This document shows, one piece after another, positions 27,985 to 40,500 of a stretch of 64,000 nt of DNA. The position numbers and the translations under genes are program-made. The stretch lies in assembly GCA_965153285.1 (NCBI GenBank), contig OZ229123.1; one strand, 5' to 3'. The stretch's first letter is position 1. Each line of letters opens with the position of its first letter. Origin of the DNA: Podarcis tiliguerta. Lineage: Eukaryota. The notes under the pieces are model-generated. The model was not told where the DNA came from and did no database searches. It worked only from the letters and a program-made list of their open reading frames with translations.

Positions 27985-30900
27985 ATCTGGGATTAGAAAC
28001 AGTATGCAGACATAAGCATCATCATGCAGCAACAGAAGGAACTCAATTTTTAAGAGGAAAAAGCTCAGAAATAAATACCCCTATAATGTAACTATGAAGT
28101 AGCAATAAAACTGGATATTGTTACAACTTTTACTATTGGAGAGTTCAGCTTGATCACCACTTAAAAGTATGTGCACTCCTATGCACACTTACCTGGGAGT
28201 AGGTCCCATAGACTCAGTGGGATTTGCTTCTAAGTACCATGCATACCAAAAGGTTGCAATTGCTTATAATAATTGTAGACAAGAATTAGCTATCCCAAGC
28301 TAATTTATATCACTACCCCATGAAATAATTCATCACTGAATATACTAACCTAGGTCTCATGTTTATTTCTATAACCAGAATTAATGCCTGAAAAACCCAG
28401 AGCTTCCCATTTGGAACTTTCACTTTGAGCTTCATGGACTTCAGAAACAAGTTTGCATAAACTGAAACAAGCTTTTCACACATTAGTTTGCTCCTTAATT
28501 GATGGGAAGCTTCCAAACAATTCTAGTTCTTTCACAATGCAGAAGATGGGTGAATCTGAGGCAAGTGAGAAGCAGAGTCAGAGGCTGGGTTTGGGGCACA
28601 AAAGGTTTGTGCCAGCATTTTACAAGTTAGCAGACCCAGCTTGTCTTCCTGGACCAAATACCTGATGGTGTTGTCTATGTGGTAATTCGAACAGAACTTT
28701 CCCAAAACACTCAGCCTTATGTGTGGTTTATTTATATACACTTGATTGTAAAAACAACAACCACAACCACCCCTCAAAGCAGTTTAGAAATCCAGTCAAA
28801 TGCAGCAGCAAAATGCTACCTGCCTCCCAAGGTCTAATATTTGCAGCAGTGTGAACTGTGACAAACACGGCTTTTAAGACTATTGCACTTGTCCTGAAAG
28901 TGGCTGAAGAGAGATGATTTAGTTGAGAGCAAGAGTATGGAGAGTGCTGTTAACTAGATACCTCAACCCTAGTCCAGACTTGAATTATATTATCACCTAT
29001 TCTAAAGGTGTCCACTCAGCCACCTGAACCAGCATTTCCGCTCTCTTGCCTTTCGAAGCTTCAGATCTGCTGTGAAAGTGAGATGACGGGATCTCTTTTC
29101 CCTTCTGTGCTCCTCCTGTCTGTTCCCCCTTGGTCCAAACTGACTCTTCCCCTTTAGTGCTATTGTTCTTATAGTCCTCCCCCTGGCTCTTCTCAAGGCT
29201 GGGAGAGACTGCTTGACAGGAAGAGATGGGACACCATTTTTAATGGGGCAGAGATGCTTCCTCTTAATCCAAGTAAATAGCAGGATGCAGCCAGCAAATT
29301 TAGGCAAGCCAAGCAGAAAAATGTGTCCTCTGGTGCAGTCGCAGAGCAGTTCTGCCAACATAATAGTGTCGCTGGACATTTCTTACTAGAAAGACTCCTT
29401 GAATCATTAGAGAGATGAACTGTGCAGAACAATTATCATCCATGGGAGAAGTCAAATCTGCGTGTGTCATCATTTTCCAGAGAGGAGCTTCCCAGCACCT
29501 CTCCTGAGACAATCTAACACAGTTGTGGGTGATGCTAAGTTGCCACTTGCTTTCACCCAATGGGATTCAGTTTTACCAAGGGGTGGGGGGAAGGAAGAAA
29601 AACAACCAGCATGACTGACAGCTGTTGGAAGGGGATTCTCACTGCCAAAAGCACTTCTACTTGGCTCCACTACTTCTGGTGGCTTGTTAAGAGTCATGGT
29701 TGCATTGCCTGGCTACAGGAAAATAATAAATCCATGGTTCCATGTGATGGCTATTGCAGACAGTGTGCATGTATGAACAAACACGTGGGTGTGTCAAAGC
29801 TTTACAGGAAAAATGGTCCAACTTGTAGACAGAACTAGAGATAACAGTAGACCAGCCTCATCTGCTCCAGAAGTGCTATTCACCTTGTGCTGGTGGAACT
29901 TTGAAAAGAGCGGATTCTCTTCTTTCCAGCAACAACCAGACACTCTCCACTTCCAAGTATACTCCTGACTTTAAGGGCAAGAGAAACCCTCACCTTCAAA
30001 ATGGAACCTAAATCTGACACCTCTTGCTCAGCACTAGTGAAATATTCTCTCTTACCGTACAAGTGAAAAGTGAACAGAAGTGGTACCAGTACTTTTGGGG
30101 GGTGAGGAAGAGAACTGGTGTCTGGGCAAGAACCTGTTCCCCTCCCTGCAAAAAAGCTTAGGCTACCCAGATATCAGAGCACACCATAGAGAAAGGATGC
30201 TTGCAGTGAGAAAGCAATATCTTTGCTATGTTACAAGAAATGTTTGACCATAACAGTTTAATAGGAAAAGGACAAAAGAACGATATGAAACATTTGATAG
30301 ATATGACTCAAGTACCATACACTTCCCCTCCTTTGTATCAACATTTTTACATAAACACAACAATTAGTCTGATTAGTGGAGGGGCTTAAATATATTTAAA
30401 TCATGTAAAATATTTTCAAAGTTGCTAAAAGGTCTGACGCTTTGCCATTGAACAAGACAGGAATATATTTGTACACCTCATTATACAAAGAGACAACAAA
30501 TCAAGTCATCAGTTGTACAACCGCGCTTCTCTCCCCAGGCACAACAGGCCAGCCCCCTGCAGTGCTCCACCCTGGAAAGAACCAGCTTGCTCCCCCTCCC
30601 CCTCTTCGGAAAAGGTGAAGAGTCTATTTACTACATCAATACAGCTTGGTACTAACTAGGCAACCTCTCAGTTAGTATTAGTTAAAAGCATGCTGGTAAC
30701 TTTAATGCTCCTTAGTTCAACATGTAAATGCATCAAATTAAAATTCCATGTTTAAAATTGTATGAAATTTGATTTCCAGGATTAAGTGCCACATTCAAAT
30801 TTTCCCTCTCTTACCACCTGTGCCGGAGTGTATCTATCTGCAAAACATGCAATTAGAAGTACCATCCATGGAGAATCCTGCAACTGGACACGGCCTGAAG

Positions 30901-31400
30901 GGTTCGGCAAGGGCCTCCATCCGCTTGCAGCAGCGGTTACAAGTGCTGGATACCAACTAGAGACCAACTAGAAGGGAGGAAGTGGCAGCAGAAACAATGG
31001 TGGCCTCTCACACGGAGATGTTTCAAAGCTCCCTGACGAAACACAGTTGCATGATAAAATCGGAAAGTCACAGTAATAATCCCGCCCCACATGATCTGGG
31101 CTGTGCGCGTGCCTTGGCTTAACTCATCTACACTGAAGTCAGCAGTTTGCAGCAGAAGCCAAGGGAGTCTCTCACGGCAGCAAAGAGAGCTGTGCAAGTG
31201 TGTGTGTGTTTGGAAGCCTCAACAGAAGCACAAAAGCAAGCAAAGCGACCCTGAATTCCATTGGTTGGGCTTTTCCTTAGAGAAGGAACTAGTTTTGGCC
31301 CTGGAGATGGATGTAGGCTGGGCTGGGAGGAGTCCTCAGGCTGGGAGCATGTGGCGCTCTAGCAGCAAGGAGGGAGGCAGGGCACTGGGGGGGGGCAGTC

Positions 31401-31508
31401 TCATTTCGCAGTGTTCTGGTGGTATATGTGTCGCCAAACCTCGTGTATCTTTTTGCACCATTTATGAGCGTTCCCACTTGGGTCCATCAGGTAGTATGTC
31501 CTGTTAGG
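31401..31508 (-). CDS. PDPK1: PDPK1 exon 14 (coding part)
   Basis: gtag|[35 protein letters not shown]. Confidence 0.95.
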   Translation of the reverse strand, partial: PNRTYYLMDPSGNAHKWCKKIHEVWRHIYHQNTAK

Positions 31509-34500
31509 CTACAAGTAAACAAAGGTTTAGTGCCTACTCATTCCTGCAGAAAGAACCTAACTAAGCTGACCAAGGCCAGCAGGCAATGCATGGGCTTGGA
31601 TCTCCCCTCCCTCCCCTGGGGATGAAGGCTGCACACAGCACTTTGTACATCAGAAGTCTCCCACTGTAAAAACCAGACAATGGGCAGGAGCTATTAAAAG
31701 GCAGGGGTGGTTGTGGGAGCCAACTCTGGCCTGAGAAGGTACAAGAGTCATCAGTGTGTGGAGCTGCGTCACTGGGGAGCTGCTACTTCAGGAAGTTCTA
31801 GATCCATTTTTCAAAAAAGGGGAAGGATCCCACAGCCAATTAAAAATACTCTGGTTTCTCAACACCTCCAGTACCTCCCAGGAAGCACTGGCAGCTGAAT
31901 GGGCCCTGCTAATACCACACCTGCAAGAGCCCACAGAACAGGACAGGTGAAGTCAGAACTTGTCAGCAGGAAGGGGTCACTTACTGTGTGAACAAAGAAG
32001 GTCTTGAAGTTCTTGGCTTCCGGCCGGAGTTCCAGCGACCAAGGGATTTCTCCTTTCAGAATTTTGTTGACAGGGTCCACATAGTACAAGTGTGGCCCTT
32101 CAGTGAGCAGCAGCTGACGCCTGCGAGCAAAGAGCCCCTGCAGAGGAGGACACAACACTTAGAGCTAAGATAGCGCTGCAGGCCAGCAGCTTCAAAGAAA
32201 GGGTCAAGAAAGGCAGGATTCTAGCACCATCACAGGATACTGCTTAGGACTCAACGCTCTTGTTATAGAGCACAAAGGGATCAATCACAGCATCTTCTGA
32301 GCAGCTAGTTTCCTCTGCCTCTCTGCCATTACCACATGCAGCACAACCAGCTCACAGGACGAGGAAGGGGAAGTACGTATTATATTTTTTGCCTTTCCTG
32401 CAACAGTCTCCAAACCAAATTTCGCACAAATGATTAAAGGTCTTCAAAGCTCCAACGCTCTCCTTCCCCGAGACCCTCATTCCCTATGTCAGCAGGGGAA
32501 CTGTCATCATGGGGGTGGGACCTCCCTGAAGACCCCATCCAACACACTCTCTGCCTCTTTTGCCGTTGCCAGGTCTGGGAACCAACTTATTCCTGGAGCT
32601 CACTGTACTCTAGATACACCCACAACTTCTGCCCAGTGGGGAGATAGTCAAATATATGGCAGGCTCTGCAAAACACTAGAAGGCCTCCCTCCCTCCCTGC
32701 TGGTTTTTATTTATTTTTTTAGTTATGTATTTTTTGCTCTATAAGACTCACTTTTTCCTTCCTAAAAAGTAAGGGGAAATGTGTGTGCGTCTTATGGAGC
32801 GGATGCAGGCTGTGCAGCTATCCCAGAAGCCAGAACAGCAAGAGGGATTGCTGCTTTCACTGCGTAGCGATCCCTCTTGCTCTTCTGGCTTCTGAGATAC
32901 AGAATAATTTTTTTCCTTGGTTTTCCTCCTGCAAAAACTAGGTGCGTCTTATGGTCTGGTGCGTCTTATAGAGCGAAAAATACGGTACCTAATTACCAAC
33001 CCCCTGGTACACATGGAAGAGCATACAAATAAAATTATGAAATGTGGAGGTCAAGGAGAACAAACAGGGTTACACTCCCCACCACAAACTACTACATTTA
33101 GATAATCTGCTTTTGGTTTCTCTTAGCATATGTTTCTTTCCCCTCCACTACTCTGCAGGTTTTTTTATTTCATATCCCCAAGTACTTTAGACTCACAAGT
33201 ACAATCATTTAGAGAATGAATCCGAGGCACAGGATAAGGTGACTTACCTTCCGTTTGTCAACTGGACCCATTTTCAGTATTAGATTATTTTCTACAAACT
33301 GGTGCCTGAGAAGAAAACATCACCTTGTGTTATTTCCACCAATCCATCATTCATTGCCAAGCCATCCACTTACAGACTTTTAGAGACAGAGTGTCAGTAA
33401 GAGGAGGAAAAGTAGCCAGCAGGCAGATGGGCGCTCCCTGCTAAGGGCATTGTGCTCAGCATGCAGAGGAAAAAGGTCTCTAGCAGGACTTTTATGGGAC
33501 TGTCAGCTCTGGGTCAGATCCCATGGCAGAAATTGGCTGCATTTCTAAGCTCTGGCCAATTCAAATGGTCCTTTTCCCCTCTTTTCTAAAGCCCAAGATT
33601 CTGCCACCCTCCATTGTTAGTGAGGTGCAAGAGTGATGAAGCTGAACTTTATTTGTGGAGCAAGATGTCACTCAAGAGAGGGGGAGGGAGGGGGAGAGAA
33701 AGCAAGTGCAAGCACATGCGCGCACACACATTTGCATAAGCCACTCTATGGGGGAAAAACCCCACACCCCGCAGTGCTTACCAGGGATTTCCACCAGCCT
33801 GCTTTGCCAAGAGTAACCTTTTCTCCTTTTCAGAGAACTGGAGGTCCAGCTCAAAGGAATTGCTGTCGAGGTTGTGAATGTATTGCTCTATGTTGTTGCT
33901 GCTGCCTGAGGTTTGTGGGGTGGACGTCTCCGGGGAAGACAAGGACTGAGAAGAGGCAGAGCCAGACACTTGCAGGCAGCCAAACTGACTCAGGAGATTG
34001 TCATACTATCAAAACAAGAAATATAGTTTTCAGAATAAATGGGGGGAAAGTATGTGGCATCTTACCCTTTTCTTCTGACCAATATTTCTGCCAACATAAT
34101 ATCCAAGTTGTCTTCAAGAGTGAATCCAGTAACATTAATGGGCCTAAATTAGATGTGCCAATGAATGTGACTAACAATGGATATAACCAATGTTATATTA
34201 TTTATTTATTATTCTGCATGCTCTCTTTAAATGCTACTAGTACATGTATTTACGCTGTATAAACACTGTAAGCCCATACTTTAGGAAAGCAACACATTTC
34301 ATCTGTAAGAAAACAAACAGCTTCCAACATACGACTATATTTCCCCCCCCCCCAAAAAAAGTAAGTTAACTTTTTTGGGGGGGGGGGGTCTTATACACAG
34401 AGTGTTGCAATTATTTATTTATTAATTTAGGCTTTGAAATCGTCTTATACATGGGGCGTCTTATACACGGAAAAATATGGTAACTGTGTGGCCATCTTTT

Positions 34501-37500
34501 ATTTTACTCAGTACATCACTTTTGCCATCAAGGCAAAATCCCACTCATTTTCTGGCCACTTCTGCTGTTAGTGATATTCTCCATTTCTTTGCTTAAAAAC
34601 ATTCTTGCTTCAATTCACAAATGGGACTAATTCCTTATGCTCTGTCTCATGAGGCTTCAACACAATTTAGTAAGGACAGGACCTAGAGAGGTTTCATAAT
34701 CTATAGACTGTAAAATGCTTGATCTGCTTCCACTTTTTAATAATAGCATTAATAATAACCACCCCCCTTCTCCTGTTGACACTTCCAGCATATGTTTGTA
34801 CTGGAATTTTTCTATTTTCCTTCCCAGTTATACTTAAGAAAATCAGTAGGCTTCCCAAGATTTTCACCGGAATGGTTTTACCTATATTCTGCAGCTATTT
34901 AACTAAATTTTATGGGTGATTTGCAAGTCATGAGGCCAATTTAAATCAAGAGGCTCCAGTAGAATGATTTCAATGGGTCTACTATTGAGTATGACACTGA
35001 GACACTGGATATCACTCTGCATCGTAATAAAGGGTTGTTTTACCTAATTTCTCCAAATCAGCTAATTTCCTCAGAGCAATCCTTACCCAAGCTGGGTAAG
35101 GCACAGTAGAGTGTGATGGGCAGCATTGCACATGTCAACTAGGACACATGTGGGGACAAGCAAACCCTTGCTCCACCCTACAATCCACCCTGAGACTGCT
35201 GACAGCAGTGGAGCCAGTTCAGTCCTCCCTCTCCAGAATACCCCATTTGGCAGGCAGCATGAGAAATTCAGTGGTGCTGGAGGAGTGCTGCTGAAGCCAC
35301 TCTGAACAGCAGCAGGAGATCTCTGCCCTATCCTTCCATGCTACCCATGCTACGATACGGCAGATGAGGGACTTGGATTGCAGCCTCATTTCTTGATTCA
35401 CTATCTACATAATTTGTTTTATTACCCATCTTACGTTAAGACACTCAAGTCAAGGGGGGTGTTGGATTCAAATTTCTCCTGATTTCTGAATGATCAATAG
35501 TCCTGCCTTGATTGATTAAATCTATGTATCAGAAAAATCCCCGTCTCCAAATTTTAAAGCCTCTATCTCTTTCACAAATTTCACCAGCGATCCCATATTT
35601 TTAACCCGCTGGAAACTAGAACATTTCCTTTTACTTGCTTCGTTTTATTATCTCCTCACAGTACATGCATGTATCACTCTTTAACCCTCCACTTGCATGC
35701 AGAAATTCTGTGAGAGAGGGAGGAAGCTGGGAAGGAGCTCTGCTTTCAGCTCAGTATCTGCTCTCACCCTCTGGTCATGTGAACTTTACAAGTGAAAGTG
35801 AGGGTGGCAAAGGAGCCAAGGATTAGACCGGAGCAAGAACTACAGGCCTATTTCTCCCTTGAAGGATGCAAGGGTATTGAAAAGACCTCTATGGAGCATG
35901 GTAGATCAAGATGGGCACGCCTACTGCGACTGCTGAGATGGATGGAGAAGGATGTGAGGCACTCACAAGGGCAAACTGCCTTTCAGGAACCTTTGATCTC
36001 CCCTGGCATCAGTATCAAAGCCTGCACTTACATTTCCATAGCAATCCTCATCATCTTCTGACATTGCGGGCAAATATGCAGTGAGCTTGGGTGGTGTCTG
36101 AAGATGCAGATTCTCCCAGGTGATGGAGTCGAAAAAGGGGTGGGCCTTCAAGGGCTCATATCCTCCCATTTCTTCACAGCCTAACCTCTTGGTAGCATCT
36201 TGGACCTGGTTAAGTGAAGACACAGTTACATTTTCCCTGGAAAGACTCAGGGGGCGTCTCTGGCTCCACTCCCTGTCATTTCAGATCTTGGTGACTCAGG
36301 CAGTCCACCTCTGTGGACAATCTGTTAATATGGGACCTTTGATGTACCTAGTAGAAGCGAGACTCCAGGAAGGAGGAGGACAATTGAGATTTCTTCTCCA
36401 GGCACCCCTTCATGGTGATTCACAAGGGGCTTTTGCAATAACCCGTGAAACAAAGGCTTGTATAGGTTTAACTGGCATAAAGCAACAGGACAGAGAGCAT
36501 CTCAAGAAACTGGTCATGAAGTCAACTTGTTTTGCTCCACTTCCTGGAGCAAGTGGGAGGCAAGTGGCCAATTAAAAGAGAAAAGAGATGGAAGGCAGGA
36601 AGGAAAGGAATGCTGGTTGCAGGCCTTGAGGCTGACATCTGTATCATATGGTTCTTGTGGTGATAAAACCTTGAACACCAACTGACTGAAAGGTTTCAGC
36701 TAGTTTGGGAACAAAGCTAACAGTCTAGTTCCATGAAGAGAGGGAAAGTAGGGGAGCCTTAGCTGGAAATTAATACCTCAACACAAGGTATAGAGGAGTA
36801 TATCTGTGGGTCGGGGTGAGGCTGGGAAGCGAAAGGGCAGAAAACCCCATGGGAAGGCGGTGGGGACTAAGAAACAAGGCCCTGAAGATGCTTTGTGGAA
36901 AAGCAGGAGGGACAGGGAACAAGTCAAAGGGGTAACAGTTGGGGGGGGGGGGGGACTCTGAAGCCTAGAGGGCCAAAACACCGGCTGGGGTAGAACAGCA
37001 GCAATGAGTACCACATTTTGTGCAAGTTATCTGACTGGAGGCTTCTAGCATGCACTGGAAACTTTTGACAATACAATTCATTTACCAAAAGCTTTTCTAC
37101 GAGATCTTTTGCCTTCGGAAAGAACTTCTCTGGGAATTCATACTCCAATTTGATTATCTTCTGGAATATGAGATATTCATTTCTGCAAAAAGGATGGGGA
37201 AAAGTATAGTTACATCTATGCAAACATTTCCTATAAGTCAACTTCAAGGTTGAAACTATACTATCCTATGGGTACACGGGCAAACACTAACTTGGTGGGA
37301 AGTCTGGCACTGGTGTGCTCCAAAGTCTTACCCGGCTCTGAATGGTGGTAATCCTGCTACAAGCTGGTATACGATGCAGCCAAGAGCCCACAGATCCGAA
37401 CTGCATCATGAAGACAGGCAAAAAGATGAGAAGGCAAAGCAGAAGAGTTAGCACTGTGGGCATATCCAATGTCACCATCTCCTAGTTCAGGCACCCACAA

Positions 37501-40500
37501 CAAAAGCATACAACATATTCCCTTTCAGGCAGAGCTGCAAATTCCCCTGGAGTATCACTCTAATTTACTTGGAATGCCTGGTAAAGGCACCTTGAAGAAA
37601 AGGTGTTTATCCCTGGGCGTTTCCCAAGGATCTGATGCAGAAGCTGCCACTGTGCACTTCCGGAACCAGATCTACGTATTTCCTCATCTTGGGTTAGGCT
37701 CCCACAGGAAGGATGGAAACAGCAGAAGAGAGACTTCAGCAAGGTCCCAATAGGGCTGAGTGATATCAGCTTTTCAAAAACGCAGTGTATCGCAAGCCAA
37801 ACATAGCAGTTTGGTGACATACTGCGATGCTGAAAAAACAAGATGCATTGTCCTCTCCCCGCAAAACACTGGGTGAAACTGCCCCAGCTCTCACCTCGAG
37901 CAGTTTCACCCAGACTCGTGGGTTAGGACAATGCAACTTGTCCTGGGGGCTCCTTTAACTGCTCAACTGAGGAAAGGGTAGCTACACACTCCTCAGCCAA
38001 GCAGTTTAAAGATGCATAGGGAGGAAACAGCTGTATTGGTGCCTCGCCAATAGAGCTTGTTTCTCCCTCTCCGTTGTATGAGGGCTGGGTGATATACTGA
38101 TATATTGCCCGGGACTGGTATGGGGAGCAGACCGCGATGTCGGCTTCACTCAGTGGTATATCGCCGGTGAAACTGCCACTGCTCCCGAGTCCCTCTGTTA
38201 GCAGTGCCTGCTGGAGGAAGGACCAGTCCTGGGCAATATACTGATACATCGCCCAGGCCTAGGTCCCAATACAGCCCTTCGAAGATAATCCCAAGCTGAA
38301 TAGGTGCTTAAAAAAATAAAAATAAATTAAATCGCCACAAAGAGCTTTCTAATTCTCTGTCTTGTTTAATGTACAAACCAAGTAAAGCGGCAAGAGATTG
38401 CAGCAAGAAAACATGATGACAATGCTTAGAACGTCTTGTCTCATGTTTTGCTGGTATGTTATGTTAAATCCAAGGGCTAATGAACTATTCGTGTTGCAGA
38501 AAAATAGACAAAAGCAATCCTAAGAGCCATTGTCATGCTGTTTAAAATGTTTCAGTGTTGATTAGGCACGAGGCACTGAGGCACAAGAATGGGGTACACC
38601 CTAATGGAAATAGGCCTCACCCATTTGCCTTGAAGATCTCTCTCTCTCAGTCATACAACCCCTCTACAAAGGCAACATATGTAACTCACCTTTTGCAGGC
38701 AGACTTCTCTGTTAACAGCTCTGGAGACACATACTGTGCTGTCCCAACAAAGGAGTTCGCCCGTGCTGAAGAAACCAAGATGCAAGTAAGCATTTAATCA
38801 TTAAAAATGTCCTTACAAGGTCCTCATGAAGGCTTGGATGTGTTCATTTGGAAACAATGCTTTCATTTTTGTTGTGCAATTCAAATTTCATCAGCTTTTA
38901 TTTAACTATATTTGTAGGCATCCAATATTACATAATGACTATTGTTTTTCAAACGCTCCCCGCCCCCTCAACACTAAGCATTACCAAGCAATATTTCACC
39001 CCATGGGCACCCCACTATCACCTGATTTCAGCTGCCCCATTTGAGTAACCCCGCAGGTTTCCTCTCTGATGTCATCTCCTGCGGTATAGCCATTTTGCCT
39101 TTACTCAGTAAAGAACCGTCATAAACCCCATTGAGACGTAGCATCGGATACTGTGGTCAGTTTTAAGGAATTTGAAACTGCAGAAAGTTGCTTTAGTCGT
39201 TGACAGGTTGAGAAATTGCACCCACCTCGCTTGCTGTCTGCAGACAATACTTTTGCTGTCCCAAAGTCTGTAATCTGAATGTGCATGTCTCCGCTGAGCA
39301 AAATGTTCTCTGGCTTCAGGTCCCTGCAAAAAGCACAGCTGGGAATGAGCCATGCATGCACAGAGTCATGCCCTCACCAACTATTTGTGTCCCCTGAGGA
39401 AATCCCCGAGTTGTCAATGTAATGCCCTAACCATGGAAAGCTGATTCTCCCCCAGGCTTCTAAAGTAACAGCAGCTATCTAGGAAATTAAGCCTGTCCAT
39501 TGGCCCTTACTGTCTCTGCCTGTTCTGGTAGGTTTGAAGTAGATTCCTACCTGCTCCTCTGCCTGGTATTGGGAGCTGCTTCCCAAATGATTAGGAGGGG
39601 ACTAGGCGGCAGGGGAACATGGAGCAAATCTGAATGTTAGATCATGCTGAGTTCTTCTCTTCTGCCTTCTACTGCAGGCAGGCAAACAGTACGGAAGAGG
39701 CGCTACATTTACTCTGCTAGCGACCTGGCAGAATGGGACGTTCCTCTCCTCTACAAAGAAAAAACCAAGGCAAAAGGCGACAGAGGGAGGGAAAGAAAGA
39801 TTTCAACTGTTCAAAATCCCCATCCATTGCTGGATACTTTGTACTCAAAGGCAGCCAATGCCTTGTGCCAAATTAACTAGGCTGGTGTCACCACAGGTGA
39901 GGAATGCAGGAAAGCCAGGAAGTCTCAACAAAGGTACCTAAGACACTGCTTGCTTGCTTTGGAAACTTTTGAGTTTTGAGCCACCAGGAGAAATCTATCA
40001 GGAGGGCAACAAACGGTAACTATGACAACAGCAACAAGAACCAAGAATAGATGGATTTGAATTCATTACATTACCTGTGAATGATTCCCTTTCCGTGCAA
40101 GTACTCTAATGCAGACACAATTTCAGCAGTATAAAACCTAGTACATGTCTCATCAAATGAGCCAATCTTCCGGATGTATTTTAGAAGCTCTCCATTTTTG
40201 GCGTAGCTAAGACCAAAATCTGAATACTAAGTTAAGGATAATTTATACTGTGAATCTCTGGACCCTAAAACACAAAGGCAGATAATCTGAGGCAATGTTA
40301 GAAGGGATAGGTGGCGATGTGCTTGGAAAGAGAAGGCTGGACTCTGCACACAGCCAAAGATTTACCGTATTGGCCCGAATATAAGCCACACTTTTTCCCC
40401 AATTTCGGACCCTGAAAAGTTAAAAGTACGGCTTATATTGGTGATTTTTTTACCATATGCTGCTGAAAGCAGCTGGGGAGCGCATGTTTGGCGGCGGGCG

